A stretch of DNA of 64,000 bases, taken from assembly GCA_051294375.1 (NCBI GenBank), contig CM119263.1, positions 16,408,532-16,472,531 of the forward strand. Direction: 5' to 3'. Under the pieces are notes generated by a model. It was not told the DNA's origin, made no database searches, and was given only the letters and a program-made list of their open reading frames with translations. Position numbers and translations under genes: made by a program. This DNA comes from Paraspadella gotoi. Its lineage: Eukaryota > Animalia > Chaetognatha. Of the stretch, positions 23,395-36,244 are shown piece after piece; position 1 is the stretch's first letter, and each line of letters starts with the position of its first letter.

Positions 23395-24607
23395 GAACGT
23401 GCGTGACAGAGACAGAGGCTGAGAACGCTTGTGAGTGAGACGCTAGAATGGAAGCAACTGAACCAAAAATGGAAATTTAGTCTGAAGGTTTTCAGTTTTG
23501 AATTATTCCCGCGTCATTTTTCTTCGCTGCTGAAAATTTAAAAGAGGAAAAACCGAACAATTCCGCTTTTATTTGGGAAAATTCTTAAAAGTTTTTCTCT
23601 GGAATCATCAATTATCCCTTTTACCTTCTTCGAATGTCTTTCCAAATATTCATCACGTAATAAATACAAAGAATCGGGCCATAAGTGAAAGTCAGGCCAC
23701 CTTTTTTCAAGCTCTCAGCAGAGTTTGTTAGTAACTCCCAAGAGTAATTTAATGAGGGCAGCGAAAATATTAATAAAGGTTGTGAGTTCACGCTATACAC
23801 AATTACACAATACACATGTTTAAGCTTTTTTCCCCCTCTTGATGACTGTAAAATATCCCAGTTATCTAAAGAAAATTGAAAAAACATTATTAACGTCTCG
23901 TGACAAAGTTACTAACAATTATGAATTATTTAACTATATTTTTTTAAAAAATTAATAGTTATTTTTATGGATAACTCAACAAGTATAAGTTAAGAGTGGT
24001 CTCAAATTAAAGCTCTTTTCGCGTAGATAATGTTTGATATATAACAATATAATTTTATGTGAAATTTTTGAAAATTAAATTCTTGGTTCAGAGGTAAGTT
24101 CATAAAAACATTAAAAAAACTTTAACTACTTTTTCAAGAAAATCCTGCCTTTACCGGAATTTGCTAACCTATCACAGTGAGTGCCTCATAGGTGTACTTT
24201 AAAATTTTGCAGGTTTCCAAGATGGCACTTTTTTTGTTTCTTTTATATCATCTCTGCCCTACCGTGTTTGAATATTGAAATCTATCTCACGGATGTGTGA
24301 CCCTTGAGAGAAGCAAGAAATCCTATCTTTAATCTTGATATGGATATAGAGTGAAGAAAATAAAGGAGAAAGAGAGAGAGAGAGAGGGAGAGGGAGAGAG
24401 AGAGAGAGAGAGAGAATGAATCGCCTCTCGTTTTTTTTTTTCACTCATTACTGATTCTGGTCCAAGTGAAGGACATTGACGTTGGGTCACCCGGATGCGA
24501 ATCTCCTGAGTCGATGGCAGAAACCTCCGCAGAATTTTCGATGCCGACTCTGCCAATGCTGTCGGTGCCAATTTCGATGCCGAATCAGGCGTCGGTGTCG
24601 ATGAGGT
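22478..24607 (-). CDS. Putative exons of an unresolved minus-strand spliced gene (no recognisable domain)
   Basis: Open, AG/GT-bounded GC-richer blocks: 24607-24445 (TSSTPTPDSASKLAP...GPESVM, phase 0 to 1), 24302-24263 (RSHIREIDFNIQTR, phase 1 to 2, compatible with the previous block) and 22537-22478 (KRGTARRPSLIPATSSQEPK, phase 0 to 0). The full chain could not be closed. Confidence 0.3.
22815..22990 (-). mobile_element. tRNA-derived SINE-like repeat, copy 2 (internal ~50 bp deletion)
   Basis: The minus strand reads GCCATTGGTGCCGAGGGCAAGTCATTCGCCTCCCAAACCAAAGTTCCGGGGTTCGAGCCCGG, with B box GGTTCGAGCCC and resemblance to tRNA-Gly. Confidence 0.7.
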
Positions 24608-27189
24608 CTGATGAGGACAACTGTCAAGTTGTAATACAATTATGCCAATGTAGATGAGATTTTTTTTCGCTAAAAAATGAAGATAAGATTGTAAGGACGA
24701 TTTAAGGTATTTTATTTGCGTTTTTTATTTTCGATATTACCTATCTTTATCTTAATTTTCTTTTCAAAATTTTTTCTTCAATTTCAATTTTTATGACGAG
24801 ATTTTTTATTTTATTCACGAGCCTCTCTTTCGTCCCATTGCTTTAATGTAATCACTGAAATTTTTGAAAAGAGATTCTGGCGAATGTGTCTCTTTAAACC
24901 AGATGGGGTTCTAAGTATTGGATTTTTTTTTTCGTCGTTTGAATGATAATGCGGTGTGACTACTTTTTCGATCACAGCTGATACTGCTTTGAAAAGAAAA
25001 ACAATTTTGGTTAACATTTACGTTGAAGAAATACTTTCTGTTGTTTAGACCAGAAAATATCACAAAATGGTCACATATTGTCGGGCACCATCCAACCAAG
25101 AATCAAGGAGCAATTGGAAAGCAACTGGTAAATCGCTGATGAAGCCAAAAAACCAAGAGCCAAGAGCAATGAGCTTTGAGCAACGCCTTCCGAAGAGCCG
25201 TGAGTTTAAAGATTCCGGGAATACCCCCTTCCGGGTTTGACGCCCCTTTCTCCCTTTTCGCTTTCCCCGTTAATAATTGAGTCGAGGACATAAAAGTAAA
25301 TGGGAGAGAACCGAGAATTACGACCTCCGTTTTCTTTATTCTTTATCAAATTTGAACGAGATTTTCGTAGAAACTCGAGGAACTTCCATCCAAAATTTGC
25401 CGACAAAACTTTACTTTGGACGGTGGAATTATTAAAATTTTCCTTTCAGATTTTTCAAAAATCGTAAAAAGAATTTTTGGTTTATTTTTAACATTAAGAG
25501 AGAAAGAAACAAAGAGAGTGGGGCCCGACGACCAGCGAACTTTTGTTTTCCTTTCTTTTTTGATAGTAGATTTTTTATTTTTCGAATTCAGAAAATTTCC
25601 GTTTCGCGAGGCACCAATAAATTAATGATTCATCGATTAGTAATGAGAGTGTCACTGTTTTTTCTTTAATTTGCTTTATTTTGCTTATTGAGCTTATTCA
25701 AAGCAAGAAATGAAAAAAAAAAAACGGGAAAGAATTAACAAAAAAATAACTGAAAAAAAACAAGGGGCTTTGCGTTCGTGAAAATATCAAGCTCGAGGAC
25801 AAGCCGACGTGAAAAAGACCTTTGACCCTTGGATCGAATAGCGACTCAGGATTTGACGTCAACCACGACGACGCGGTCACGTCATCCAAGGATTTGTAGG
25901 CTTGACGTAAAATGGAAGGCATGGACGGCGATAGCAAAACCACGACAGCGTTCGGGTTCCCAACTTTGTCGTAAAAATAAAAGTTAGGATTTTGGAATGA
26001 TTGAAAAAATTTGTGTTGAAAAAAAAAATTGAAAAGAATTTAAATAATGATTAAAATTGAGGTCGACTTTTTGATAAGCACATTTTTGAAATTGTTTTCG
26101 TCCCTATTTATTTCTCCCCTTAACAGCTGAAACAAGGGAGATTTGGATGAATATTGCGACTGTTGAGTAATTTTAATTAAGATAGGAAACCTCGCAAATC
26201 AGGACTTTAAGCACAAATATAATCTGTCATATATCAATATTTTCAACGTTTTTATTTTTTTTAACTATTTATTTTGACAAAATAGGATCAAGGGAGAAGA
26301 GGGGCGAAGGGGCAACTTTAGCAAAGACGAAGTCCGAAGGGATTCCGGAAAAAAATTGGAGATAAATGGGCAACTAATGGAGGAATCGGCATGGGAGGCG
26401 AAAACTGAGCGGCCTGTTTATAGTTTATAAGTTAAACAGGGAAAAAAACTCTCTCAAGTACGAAACAAAACGATAATGACTCTTTTGGGAATGTCTAGAG
26501 GAAGACAGAGACGTATTCGCCGAGCAAAGCGAATCAATCAAGGGTCGTTAGATTCTCATTTCTTGAGCGGAGCTATTTGTCATACGGTTTTTGTTATGCA
26601 TACTTTATGAAATTTATAATATTGAAAAATATTTCAGGTAAAATAAACGCTTTTTTATCTTGCAGGTGGCTTAAAAAATTTTATTTCTTTTCTACCTGAA
26701 TTCACGCGAAAAAAAAAATGAGCGAGCTGTGTGATTCATCGAAATCCGAGAGGGAAATTGAAAATTGCATATAAAAAAAATATAACCTTAAAGAAAAAGG
26801 AAACGAAAAAAGGAATAAAATTCTCATTTCCGGGGATTTATCTCGATTGAAAAATATCTAACTCGGGGCAAAAAGGAATTTCTCTGACGAGCTGACATTC
26901 ATGGTGACGGCTGCGGCAGCATTTGCGGCAGCGTTTTCAATTGCCACAGTGGTTGCGGGAGCGACCGTAATTGAGGGCCGAAGTCTACGGTTGTCGCTAG
27001 TGGTTTCTTAGGGTATGTTAAGATATTTTTGGACGAAGGATATTCCTAGGAACAACATTTAAGGGTGGTTGTCCATTTTCCACCCGGTTCACCTCGTTTT
27101 CTCTTTCAGTTTCCAGTTTTAAATTCTAGATTTTTATGCTAAAACTCGTGAGAACGAGAGGAGAGAGAGAGAGATCTTTCCATCTTTCC

Positions 27190-28040
27190 CCCATGATTTG
27201 ACATGCTGAGCGACATGGGATCTCAAGCGGAATGTGGTTGATCACATTTTTGACCCGGGTTCAGTCTCGAGTTGATCATCACGCTCATCGTCTAACGTCG
27301 TCATGTGACAAGTTGTTTCTTTTCTCCTCGTTTTCACTCGTCGTTATGTTATTATAATAGTAATAAAAATAATTATATATAGTTATACTGTCTTTGTTTT
27401 GCAATATAGCTAAATCTGAGGTGTTCGATATCGTTATGGTTATCGTTATTCGTTTATCATTAATCGGTTATCATTATCGTATCTTATTGTATTGGATGAC
27501 TGTCCCAAATCAAATGTATATAACTGTTCTTATTTTAGTAAATCGTCATAAAATTCTCTCGTTTTTTACTCTCAGGATCAACAAGAAAATTAACAATAAT
27601 TGTGGCCCCCTTTTTCAGCGAAAAGCAAAACGGACGAAGGTTAGAACACTTATTTTCTAAATTAATTTATGAATACATAATAACAACCAAGCTTTCGCTT
27701 CCCTTCCATCAAAAGGAAGAAAAAGCTGAAGGGTCACGCCCTACCCACACCAGAGGTGGAGATCCCCATCAACTCCACCAAAAAATGGACCCCTGGCAAA
27801 GATGAGAATCTAACGGTCCAGCCAACCGCTTTTGAAGGAGAAAGAAACACGGTGGACCCTCAGAGGACGCGACGACCGGGCAGCCAGCATATGGGCGGGG
27901 GCGTCCCGGAAACAGACCGTGGAATGGGCTCGACACTGCCCAGCGGGTTGCTGGACAATTGATGTGATCAGTGAAAGAGAAGCGGGCAGAAGCGGAACCT
28001 TTACCAGCAATCGGACGGGGAGCTGAACCGGTGAGTAAGG
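27190..28040 (+). pseudogene. Frameshifted duplicate of the last three DEG/ENaC exons
   Basis: GACATGCTGAGCGACATGGGATCTCAAG and downstream sequence match 15821 onward, with many indels. Probably an artefact rather than a real pseudogene. Confidence 0.6.
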
Positions 28041-28929
28041 CTGACAAGTACACACGCTTTTCGGCTGGCGTCGACCCAATCGAAAGACATATATCTTTCG
28101 GCTTCGCTGAAAGAGAGTGCGGATTTTAGTTGATCGCTTGTCTTTCTCCTTTATGAAATTTAAAATATAGATATTTATTTATGCTCGTTAATTAAATTAC
28201 AAGAAAAAGACCAAAAGTAGCTTTTTCTTCTCGAGTTTTTTGAAAAATTATAGAGAAGAGCTATAAGAAATGTTATTTAATTATAAAGACAGGAAGAAAA
28301 TTATAGAAAATTGACATCGAGCTTGTGATTTTCAGTTCATTCATTGCCTATTATTTCCTGGCCTTTGTTGGTCCGCGAAAGCGAGAAAGAAGCCGCAAAC
28401 CGGGAACAAAGAATTACGACCGGCGCAGTCGTAGAAAATTGAGAGAATGGCGAGAGTAAAAGAAACCGACGACGACTGAAGCCAGTGTTGACCCCCTCGT
28501 GTGCTGGGCGCCTTACTCTCGCAATGCCTCACTTTCTTAGCTGGCTTACCTCCTAAGCCATTTAAAACTAGAACCTACTTGCGGGCTGCCCAAAATTATA
28601 GTATTTAGGTTCCTTCTTATTAAAGTTTAATATTTCATTCTCTTTTACTTTCTCGTTTCAACGACTTCGCTTTGCCCCTTACCTCTCCCCTCACCTCCCC
28701 TCTCATTCAACCCTACCTCTCGATGACCGCGTCCTCCATTCATTCTCGGCCCGCGGGAATCGCCTCCGTCCGCACTGCGTCGCCTGCTTCAAGTCTCCTC
28801 GATTGAATGGATCCGGTGAAAGCCGGATATTCCGTCGACTCGATTTCGCTTGCCCAATGAAATGGACGAAACGCGAAAGGAAATGAATGGAAGTGAATGA
28901 CCGGATCAGAGAGAGAGAGAGAGAGAGAG

Positions 28930-28972
<43 letters not shown>

Positions 28973-29306
28973 AGAGAGAACGATGAGAGAGAGGAGACGC
29001 ATGGAGAGAGAGAGAGAGAGAGAGAGCAGAGAGAGAGCCAACGGATGCGAAAGAAAAAAAGAGGGAGGAAGCGAAGAGAGAATGCCCCGAGCCCGTGTAT
29101 AAAAAAACGAATGCGGGAAGAAAAAATTAATCATTAATTTTCGCGACAAGAGAGAAAGAAGATTCGAAGATTCTACTATCATAGATTCTTACGATTCAAC
29201 AAACGAAGAAACTGAAACTCGAAAAAAATTCAAAAAACAAAAGAAAGGAATAAATTATAATTAAGAAAACCTCCGGAAACAACGATTAATTCAAACCGTT
29301 AAAAAA

Positions 29307-30842
29307 ATGCCCGAAGAAATTGATTCCGGAATAGAAGATCTACGCCACCGTCGATGCATCTCCGTCATGCGGCGGCCACGGATGACGCCCAACTACGACG
29401 TGACGACTAATTTCGTCTCTACCGACAAGCTTCTTTGTGCCGACGATGACCCAAAAAGTCTTGGCCCGACAACTTCGTGGGATCGACACAATCCCCCTCT
29501 TCCTCGCGGAACCCCCTTGTCGTCCGCCCGGACGCGACAACGTCTTTCCCGAGGCTTACGCGTTTTCGCCGGAGCCTTTCGACCGCGGTTCGCCACGAGC
29601 GTCAGGCCCGCAGAATCTCGCGGAAGAAAATCGCGATTGAAACATGGAAATCGGCGCGAAAACGACCGAAAGCTCCATTCGGCTTTCTCTCGAATCACCG
29701 CCAAACGGTCTTAATATCTATTGATATGTTTGTCGATTCAAAAGAGCACCGACGAAGCGTTGGACACCAAGGAACCGACCAGCCTCGATCAGCGCTCGGC
29801 CTGTGATAAACGCTTCTTCTTCTTCCGCTTTCGCTTCTTCCATCACGTTTTCGCTGTCGACATATTCCACTTCCCCACCCGCTTCGTCCTTCATACTGTC
29901 CCGATCTGCGAAACTACCTTTCCAGGCTAAAGTCAGACTTCGACTGCGCACGATCGCTTCACACAAGTTGCTCCCGTCGTCAGTACGAGGAGATATGCAG
30001 CGCGTCGGCGAGGCGTCGAGCGAACTGTGAAGATGCATCTTGTCGGAGTATCAGCGCCATCCGCGTCTCCGACGACGACCGACGGGCTTCGGCTTTTGTT
30101 TTCTTCTGCCGGCGATGCGAATTCTCTTCGAAGCCGCATTCAACTCCACGCCCTCCGCTGGTTTGCACAGGGCTTCAAAACTCCGTCAAGCCTCGGGCAT
30201 CTCGTGGGACGAGGATTTCTGGAGGCCCATTGCTTGGCCTCGAGATGGCGTCCACGAGGCTCTACGAGGCGGTCGACAGGACGGGAAGGAAGAAGAGGAG
30301 GATGGGAATGCCGAAAAGAGAACGAGGATGTAAGATCGAAAAGATCAAATCACCTGCCGCCTCTACTCCAAGGCCGAGACCCAAGTAAGTATGCTCTCAT
30401 CCTCTAAAACCAACGAGAACATGCCCAATCACTTGAGGCCACGCCATTCTTAGCCAATGCCGAGATTCGCGGCTCCCGTCTTTCTACCTTCCACCATTCG
30501 GGCACCTTCAGAGATTCACGCGCCCGTCTCTTTCGAAAAGCGCCTCACCCAAAACTGATTCTGTGACCCGTCCTGTCTTCAAGACCTGAGTACCACTCCT
30601 CTTCCCCGGTTCAGACTACTACGTTCTGCTTCAGCTGCGTCCTTCAAGGAAGGATCTTTTCTACGACCTTCAATGGAAAGACTTGATGGGCGGTTTTGCG
30701 ACGGAAGGATGTCCGACGTCGGTTTCGAGGAAGTCCGACCGGAAAGAGACGACGATCGAGTGGGAAATGCCGGTGTTGGAATACGAAAGAAAGAAAAAGC
30801 GATGTCGCAGATGTGGCGTCTTTTGAGGGAAACTCGGTTTAA
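29307..30842 (+). pseudogene. Frameshifted duplicate of the zinc-finger ORF
   Basis: Starts MPEEIDSG; fragments such as FVSTDKLLC, ASHKLL and RGDMQRVGE appear in changing frames. Confidence 0.6.
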
Positions 30843-33471
30843 GAGTTCAGTTATCACGGATAAGGTGCGTAGTTTACTTGGCTTTTTAATTAGTTTATCA
30901 TGTGAATTGCTTTAGTTTCTATTTTATTGTTGCCAGAAAATGTAAATAAACAACCTTAAAAATCAAATGGCGTAATTTTTTATTGATTTAACAATTATAA
31001 GGTACGGTATAAAGATAGGAATGACCTTTCTACCTTTAATATGTATTTCGTCGCAAAAATCAAAGCATTATTTTCCAGCGTTTTAAAGTTTTACAGCATC
31101 AGAATCGGGTAGAGTACTTAAACTTATTATCGTTATAATTTAGCAATTAATAATTTTTTCAAGGGAAAAAAAAAAAGCATATGCACTTCATACATACAGC
31201 GCAGTATTAGAAAATAGGAAAAAAATATGGCCAACTCAGATATGTCTTTGTTAACTTATACAATATTAAAAACTTGGATACTGAATTCTGATCTCGAGCC
31301 TTCTGCAAAATAAGTCGCAATGCAGAGGTAAACTGGGAGGAAACATTTCTCGGACTCAATTAAGCATGAGGAACCGGGGAGCAGCGACGAATGGAAGATG
31401 GTCTTTTTTCAATTAAGGAAGGGTGGGTGCACAAGCAGCAGCGGAAGTCGCGAAAGAGGCCCTTGGATGAAGCGGCGCCTCAGAGCCACGTCGCAGCGGG
31501 CGCCGCGATGGGCGGAGCGTAAGAACAAACGAGAGACGGCCTTCCAACGAAACCTCTAATTACTTCTCAGAATCCAGGGAAACCAGGTGTGGCCGGAAAA
31601 AAGGCGGAAAAAAAAGCAGATCGAGGCGGAAAAAGAAGCGGAAAAAGCATGACGCGCGCCTCAAAAGAAAAAAGAGCCAAAATGTGAAATTACGACGAGG
31701 GCGCAAATTGAGGCAAAATTCCTTGCGAAAAAGAGGAAACGTAGCCAGAGGCCAGAGGTGTATCTCCGTTTACCAGAAACAAATTTGATCTTAAGTGTAC
31801 ATTAGATTTTCCTAATCATGAGTTCAAGCGGAAATTCCAGCGTGATGCAACGCCTGGCACGTGGGCGGGACCTGCGAGCGGACAGATACAAGCAATCGCG
31901 GGTTTGAACAAGGCAGGTGGTGCCGAAATTGATTCATAATTTACCAGCGAAAGGAGGACGTTGGATTCCTCAGGAGAAGAAAGGTCGCGGGTCAAATTGG
32001 GAAAGGAGATAGGCGCGGTGGAACCGGAATTAGGGCGCCTTGCCGTTCCTTTTCGCCGTATTTTGGGACTATTTGAAGATTTCTCTCTCACGTCCGGAAA
32101 GGGACAGTCAAATCTATAAAAAAAAAAACTACTGGTCGGGTTATATTTTCCCCTACACTAATTTCGCCTACAATTACATTTGATTGCGAATTACAATCTC
32201 GGTTCCACTTTTTATAGGACATGTGGACAGTTATAGTTCCACTTCCTGTAAGTAAAAGTGTTCCAAGTTCCAACCACATCCTGCTGCAAACAAAATCTGG
32301 CTAATACGATTTCAGACTCACTTCTCGATTGAGACGATTTTTACGCGGTGAGGGAAGGAAGCATCTTTCGAAGTCACTTCTGGTTGGCTGACTGGAAATC
32401 AGCGCCACTCTCGCGATTAATATACAAATTAACAATCCTCAGCGCCACTCTTTGGTTGGCCGACGATCTTAACGCCACCTTTTTTCATTGAACGTCTCCA
32501 CGCGTTCTGCGGAGGAAGCGCCCCGCGTCCGTAACCTTGACCTCGACGTCCTTCGCTTATCTTTTTCTTTTTTCTATTTTTTTTTCAAAGCCAAAAGGCG
32601 GGAGGAGGAGAGAAAGAGAAGAGAGAGAGAGAGGAGAGAGAGAAGAGAGAGAGAGAGAGAATGAGTGAGAGAGAGAGAGTAGAGAAGATGAAGAGATAGA
32701 GCCGCATGCGCCAAGTAAAAATATTGACCGTCGTTGCTTTCGCAAGAGGGTTCAAAAAACGCAAAGAAAGGTCAAGCGTCAAAGGTCACGAGGTTTGGGA
32801 GCTTCAGCGGTCGCCATCGAGGTTCCCTTTGTGGCAAAAGATTTTAGTAATTACGCTTGTCTTTCATCGGAGCGAAATTGTTTTTATTTTTTTCAAATTT
32901 ATTTTAATTTTATCATTTTCAATTTGAAAGTACAGTGCACAATTAAAATGTTATGAAATTACGACAAAGACGAGAGAGAAGAGAGAGAGAAGAGAGAGAG
33001 AGAGACAGACTGACTGATCAGTAAAACTGTCCTCAATTGACACTCAGTAAAACCGAAAAAGGTTTGCCTTTCAATCCCACATGGTATCATTTTGTCCGCT
33101 AACCGCTTCATACCCTTTTTCGCAGTCTGAAACTTCCAATTTTTTAAAAAAGTACTTAAATAATATTAAATAGATATATATATATATATTATATAATACT
33201 TTTTCTACGTACGTCTTTCTAAGTTACGCAAGACTACGCCGTCTCTGTTTATTGATTTTCATTTATATTACTGGTTTTCATTCGTCCACGGATCTCCTCT
33301 CATTCCTCCCCTTTCTATTTCCGGGCCTTCATGCATTCTTTCCCTTTCTCTTTTTCTCAGCGTCCTTTTCCACTCCATTTCCCGAAAGAAGGCAGGAACG
33401 AAACCGCTGCTCAATTCATACGGCGTTCTGCGCGCACCTTGGCGCTCTCTTCTCTCTCTCTCTCTTCTCTC

Positions 33472-33510
<39 letters not shown>

Positions 33511-33608
33511 TTTTCCTTTAATGAAAAAAAAGCGTTGGAGCGAAGGAGCGCTAGGCCGAGGCCGTGACGTCTCTGGACTCGAGAAAGAGATGCAGAGAGA
33601 AACTAGAG

Positions 33609-33659
<51 letters not shown>

Positions 33660-34627
33660 GAGAGAGAGAGAGAGATATGAGATGAGAGAGGATTAGAGAG
33701 AGATGAGATCGAGAGTTATCTTAACGTGGAAAGAAAACGATGATGACCTCGAAAGAAATTGTGAAATCAGAATTGAGAACGTTCTTGAAAAAAACGAAAT
33801 TTTGTATAATCTAAAGACAAAAAAAAATGGTAAGAGCGAAACTAATTCTTTCGCGTCATTTCGAAAGTGTCGCGATTTTCAACTCGAAGAGAATATTCAT
33901 TGCACTGCCAAGTGACGCTTTTCAATTGTAGAGTGATCGAAAATGCAGCGCCCACGCAAAAGCAAAAAAGTGAAAAGAAATAACTATATAAAAGCGGGAA
34001 AAAAAAACAAAAAACGACGGCTGTTTCTGCGAATAAAGTTTATGTCAACGAAGGGTCAGAAAATGACCTCTTGTGTACAACAACCCTTGAGCGTAGAGAG
34101 GAAAAAAATGAGAAAGAAATGTAAAAAAAAAAAAAAAAAAAATCATTTGAAAATCAGCAGAGCGATGATGAGCGATATGGTGCAGATCGTGGGGCACTTT
34201 TCCCAGACTGAGTTCCCACTTCCCACAAATAAGGGAAGAGAAATGCCCAGCGACTCGGGGATTGGGGTCGCTTCTCCGATACCTTAGCGTTCCTGGGATT
34301 GAGGTACTTGCGGGGATTCAAGCTGGGCCGACGGGCCGTTCCTCTCTTCTGAAAAGTATTTTAAGGTGGATGCTTGTTGGAGTACTTGTCTATATTTTAT
34401 TTTTTTGCCTTTTTTTATATAGTTTGCCCTAAACAAAGCCCTTAAAAGAACCACGGGAAAAATGGGAGGCCGCAACGTTCAAACAGAAATTTGATTAAAT
34501 ATTCTGGGCTTCATGTCGGATTTCGGATTCGGCGATTTCATTTGCCGCGAGATCGCCCGAGCATCCGATTCGAATTTGATTTTGATACTCCTGCGATGAC
34601 CAAGGAAAAGTAATTTTATTCTAACTA

Positions 34628-34850
34628 CAGAAGAGACAGTATTTATTAATTATTATTATGTGTTAGTAACAGCAACCGGTCAAATATATGCAACGCCAAC
34701 CGGATCGGGCTGCTAACACTGTGTACAGGCGTTTAAGCACCCCGTCCCTTTTAACTGGCTTGCGACCACGCGGGCTAAACCCGCGACCTTTGGGAGCTGC
34801 CCCCGAGCGGACCAATGCGCGGCTTTGGTGGATTTTATATCCACCAGACT
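34628..34850 (-). mobile_element. tRNA-derived SINE-like repeat, copy within the duplicated segment
   Basis: Position corresponds to 22815-22990; GAAGAGACAGTA...TGTTAGT...ACCAATG...TTGGTGGATTTTA are retained. Confidence 0.55.
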
Positions 34851-36207
34851 ACTTTTTAGATTCTTTTTCTGTTTTTTACTTTCAGTCCCGTCGTTTAGCT
34901 ATCTTGTAGACCTAGTACCATCTGCCAACTAATCTAGCTTGCTTTTGGTTAATATCCCCCCGTAGGCCGTACTGTTACGAGTCTCTCTCTCTCTTCTTCT
35001 CTCTCTTCTCTCTCTCTCTTCTCTCTCTCTCTCTCTCTCTGCATCTCGAAATAAGGAAACCACGCAGAAGAGGACCAGATGAGGGAAAAAGCCGAAACCT
35101 CTAAAACCAGAGGATATTCTTACGAACGAGAACGAGGGAAATATACACGGAAAATGTGGCGGGAGAGAAGTGGGGGGGAAAAATGTCATTAAGCGATCGC
35201 AGGAGAGACGAGAAAAGAATGAGCAGGAGAGAAGAGAGAGGCGGAACGTGAGTAGCGTGACAGAGACAGAGGCTGAGAACGCGTGAGTGAGACGCTAGTA
35301 ATGTGAAGCAAAAGAACCAAAAAATAACTAAGCGTTCAGAGAATATTCCCGCGTTCATTTTTTCTTCGCTGCCCTGAAAAATTAAAGAGGAAAAAAACCG
35401 AACAATTCCGCTTTTATTTGGGGACAAATCTTAAAAGTTTCTCTGGAATCATCAATATACCTTTAACTTCGAATGTCTTTCAAAATATTCATCACGAATA
35501 AATACAAAGAATCGGGCCATAACGTGAAAGTCAAGGCACCTTTTTTTTCAAGCTGCTCAGCAGAGTTGTTAGACCCAGACAAAAAGAGGCAGCGAAGAAT
35601 CATATAAAGGGTTGAGTTCACGCTATAACATCAATTACCACAATTACACATGTTAAGCTTTTTTCCCCTCTTGATGACTGTAAAAAGTATTCCCAGTTAT
35701 CTAAAGAAAATTGAAAAACATTAGTTAACGGCTCGTGACCAAAGTTGGACAGAGCGATGGATTATGAATTAGTGTAAGGCATTATTTTTTTTAAAATTTA
35801 ATAGTTATTCTTTATGGATTTAAACTCAACAAGTATAAAGGTTGAGCAGTGGTCTCAAATTAAAGCTCTAGGTCGGCGTAGATAATGGGCATAGATAACT
35901 AAAAATTTCTATGTGAAATTTGTAAAAAAAAAGCTTGGTCAGAGTAAGTTTCATAAAAAACATTAAAAAAAACTTTAACTACTTTTTAAAAAAATCCTGC
36001 TTTACCGGAATTGCAACATCACAGTGAGTGCCTTATAAGTTACGTAATGCAGTTTCCAAGATGGCCACTTTTTGTTTCTTTTTATGCATCTCTTGCCCTA
36101 CCGTTTTGATATATTGGAAATCTATCTCCATGTTGTGACCCTGCAGAGAAGCAAGAAATCTTATCTTTAATCTTGATGATTGGATAGTAACGTGAAGGAA
36201 AAATAAA

Positions 36208-36244
<37 letters not shown>

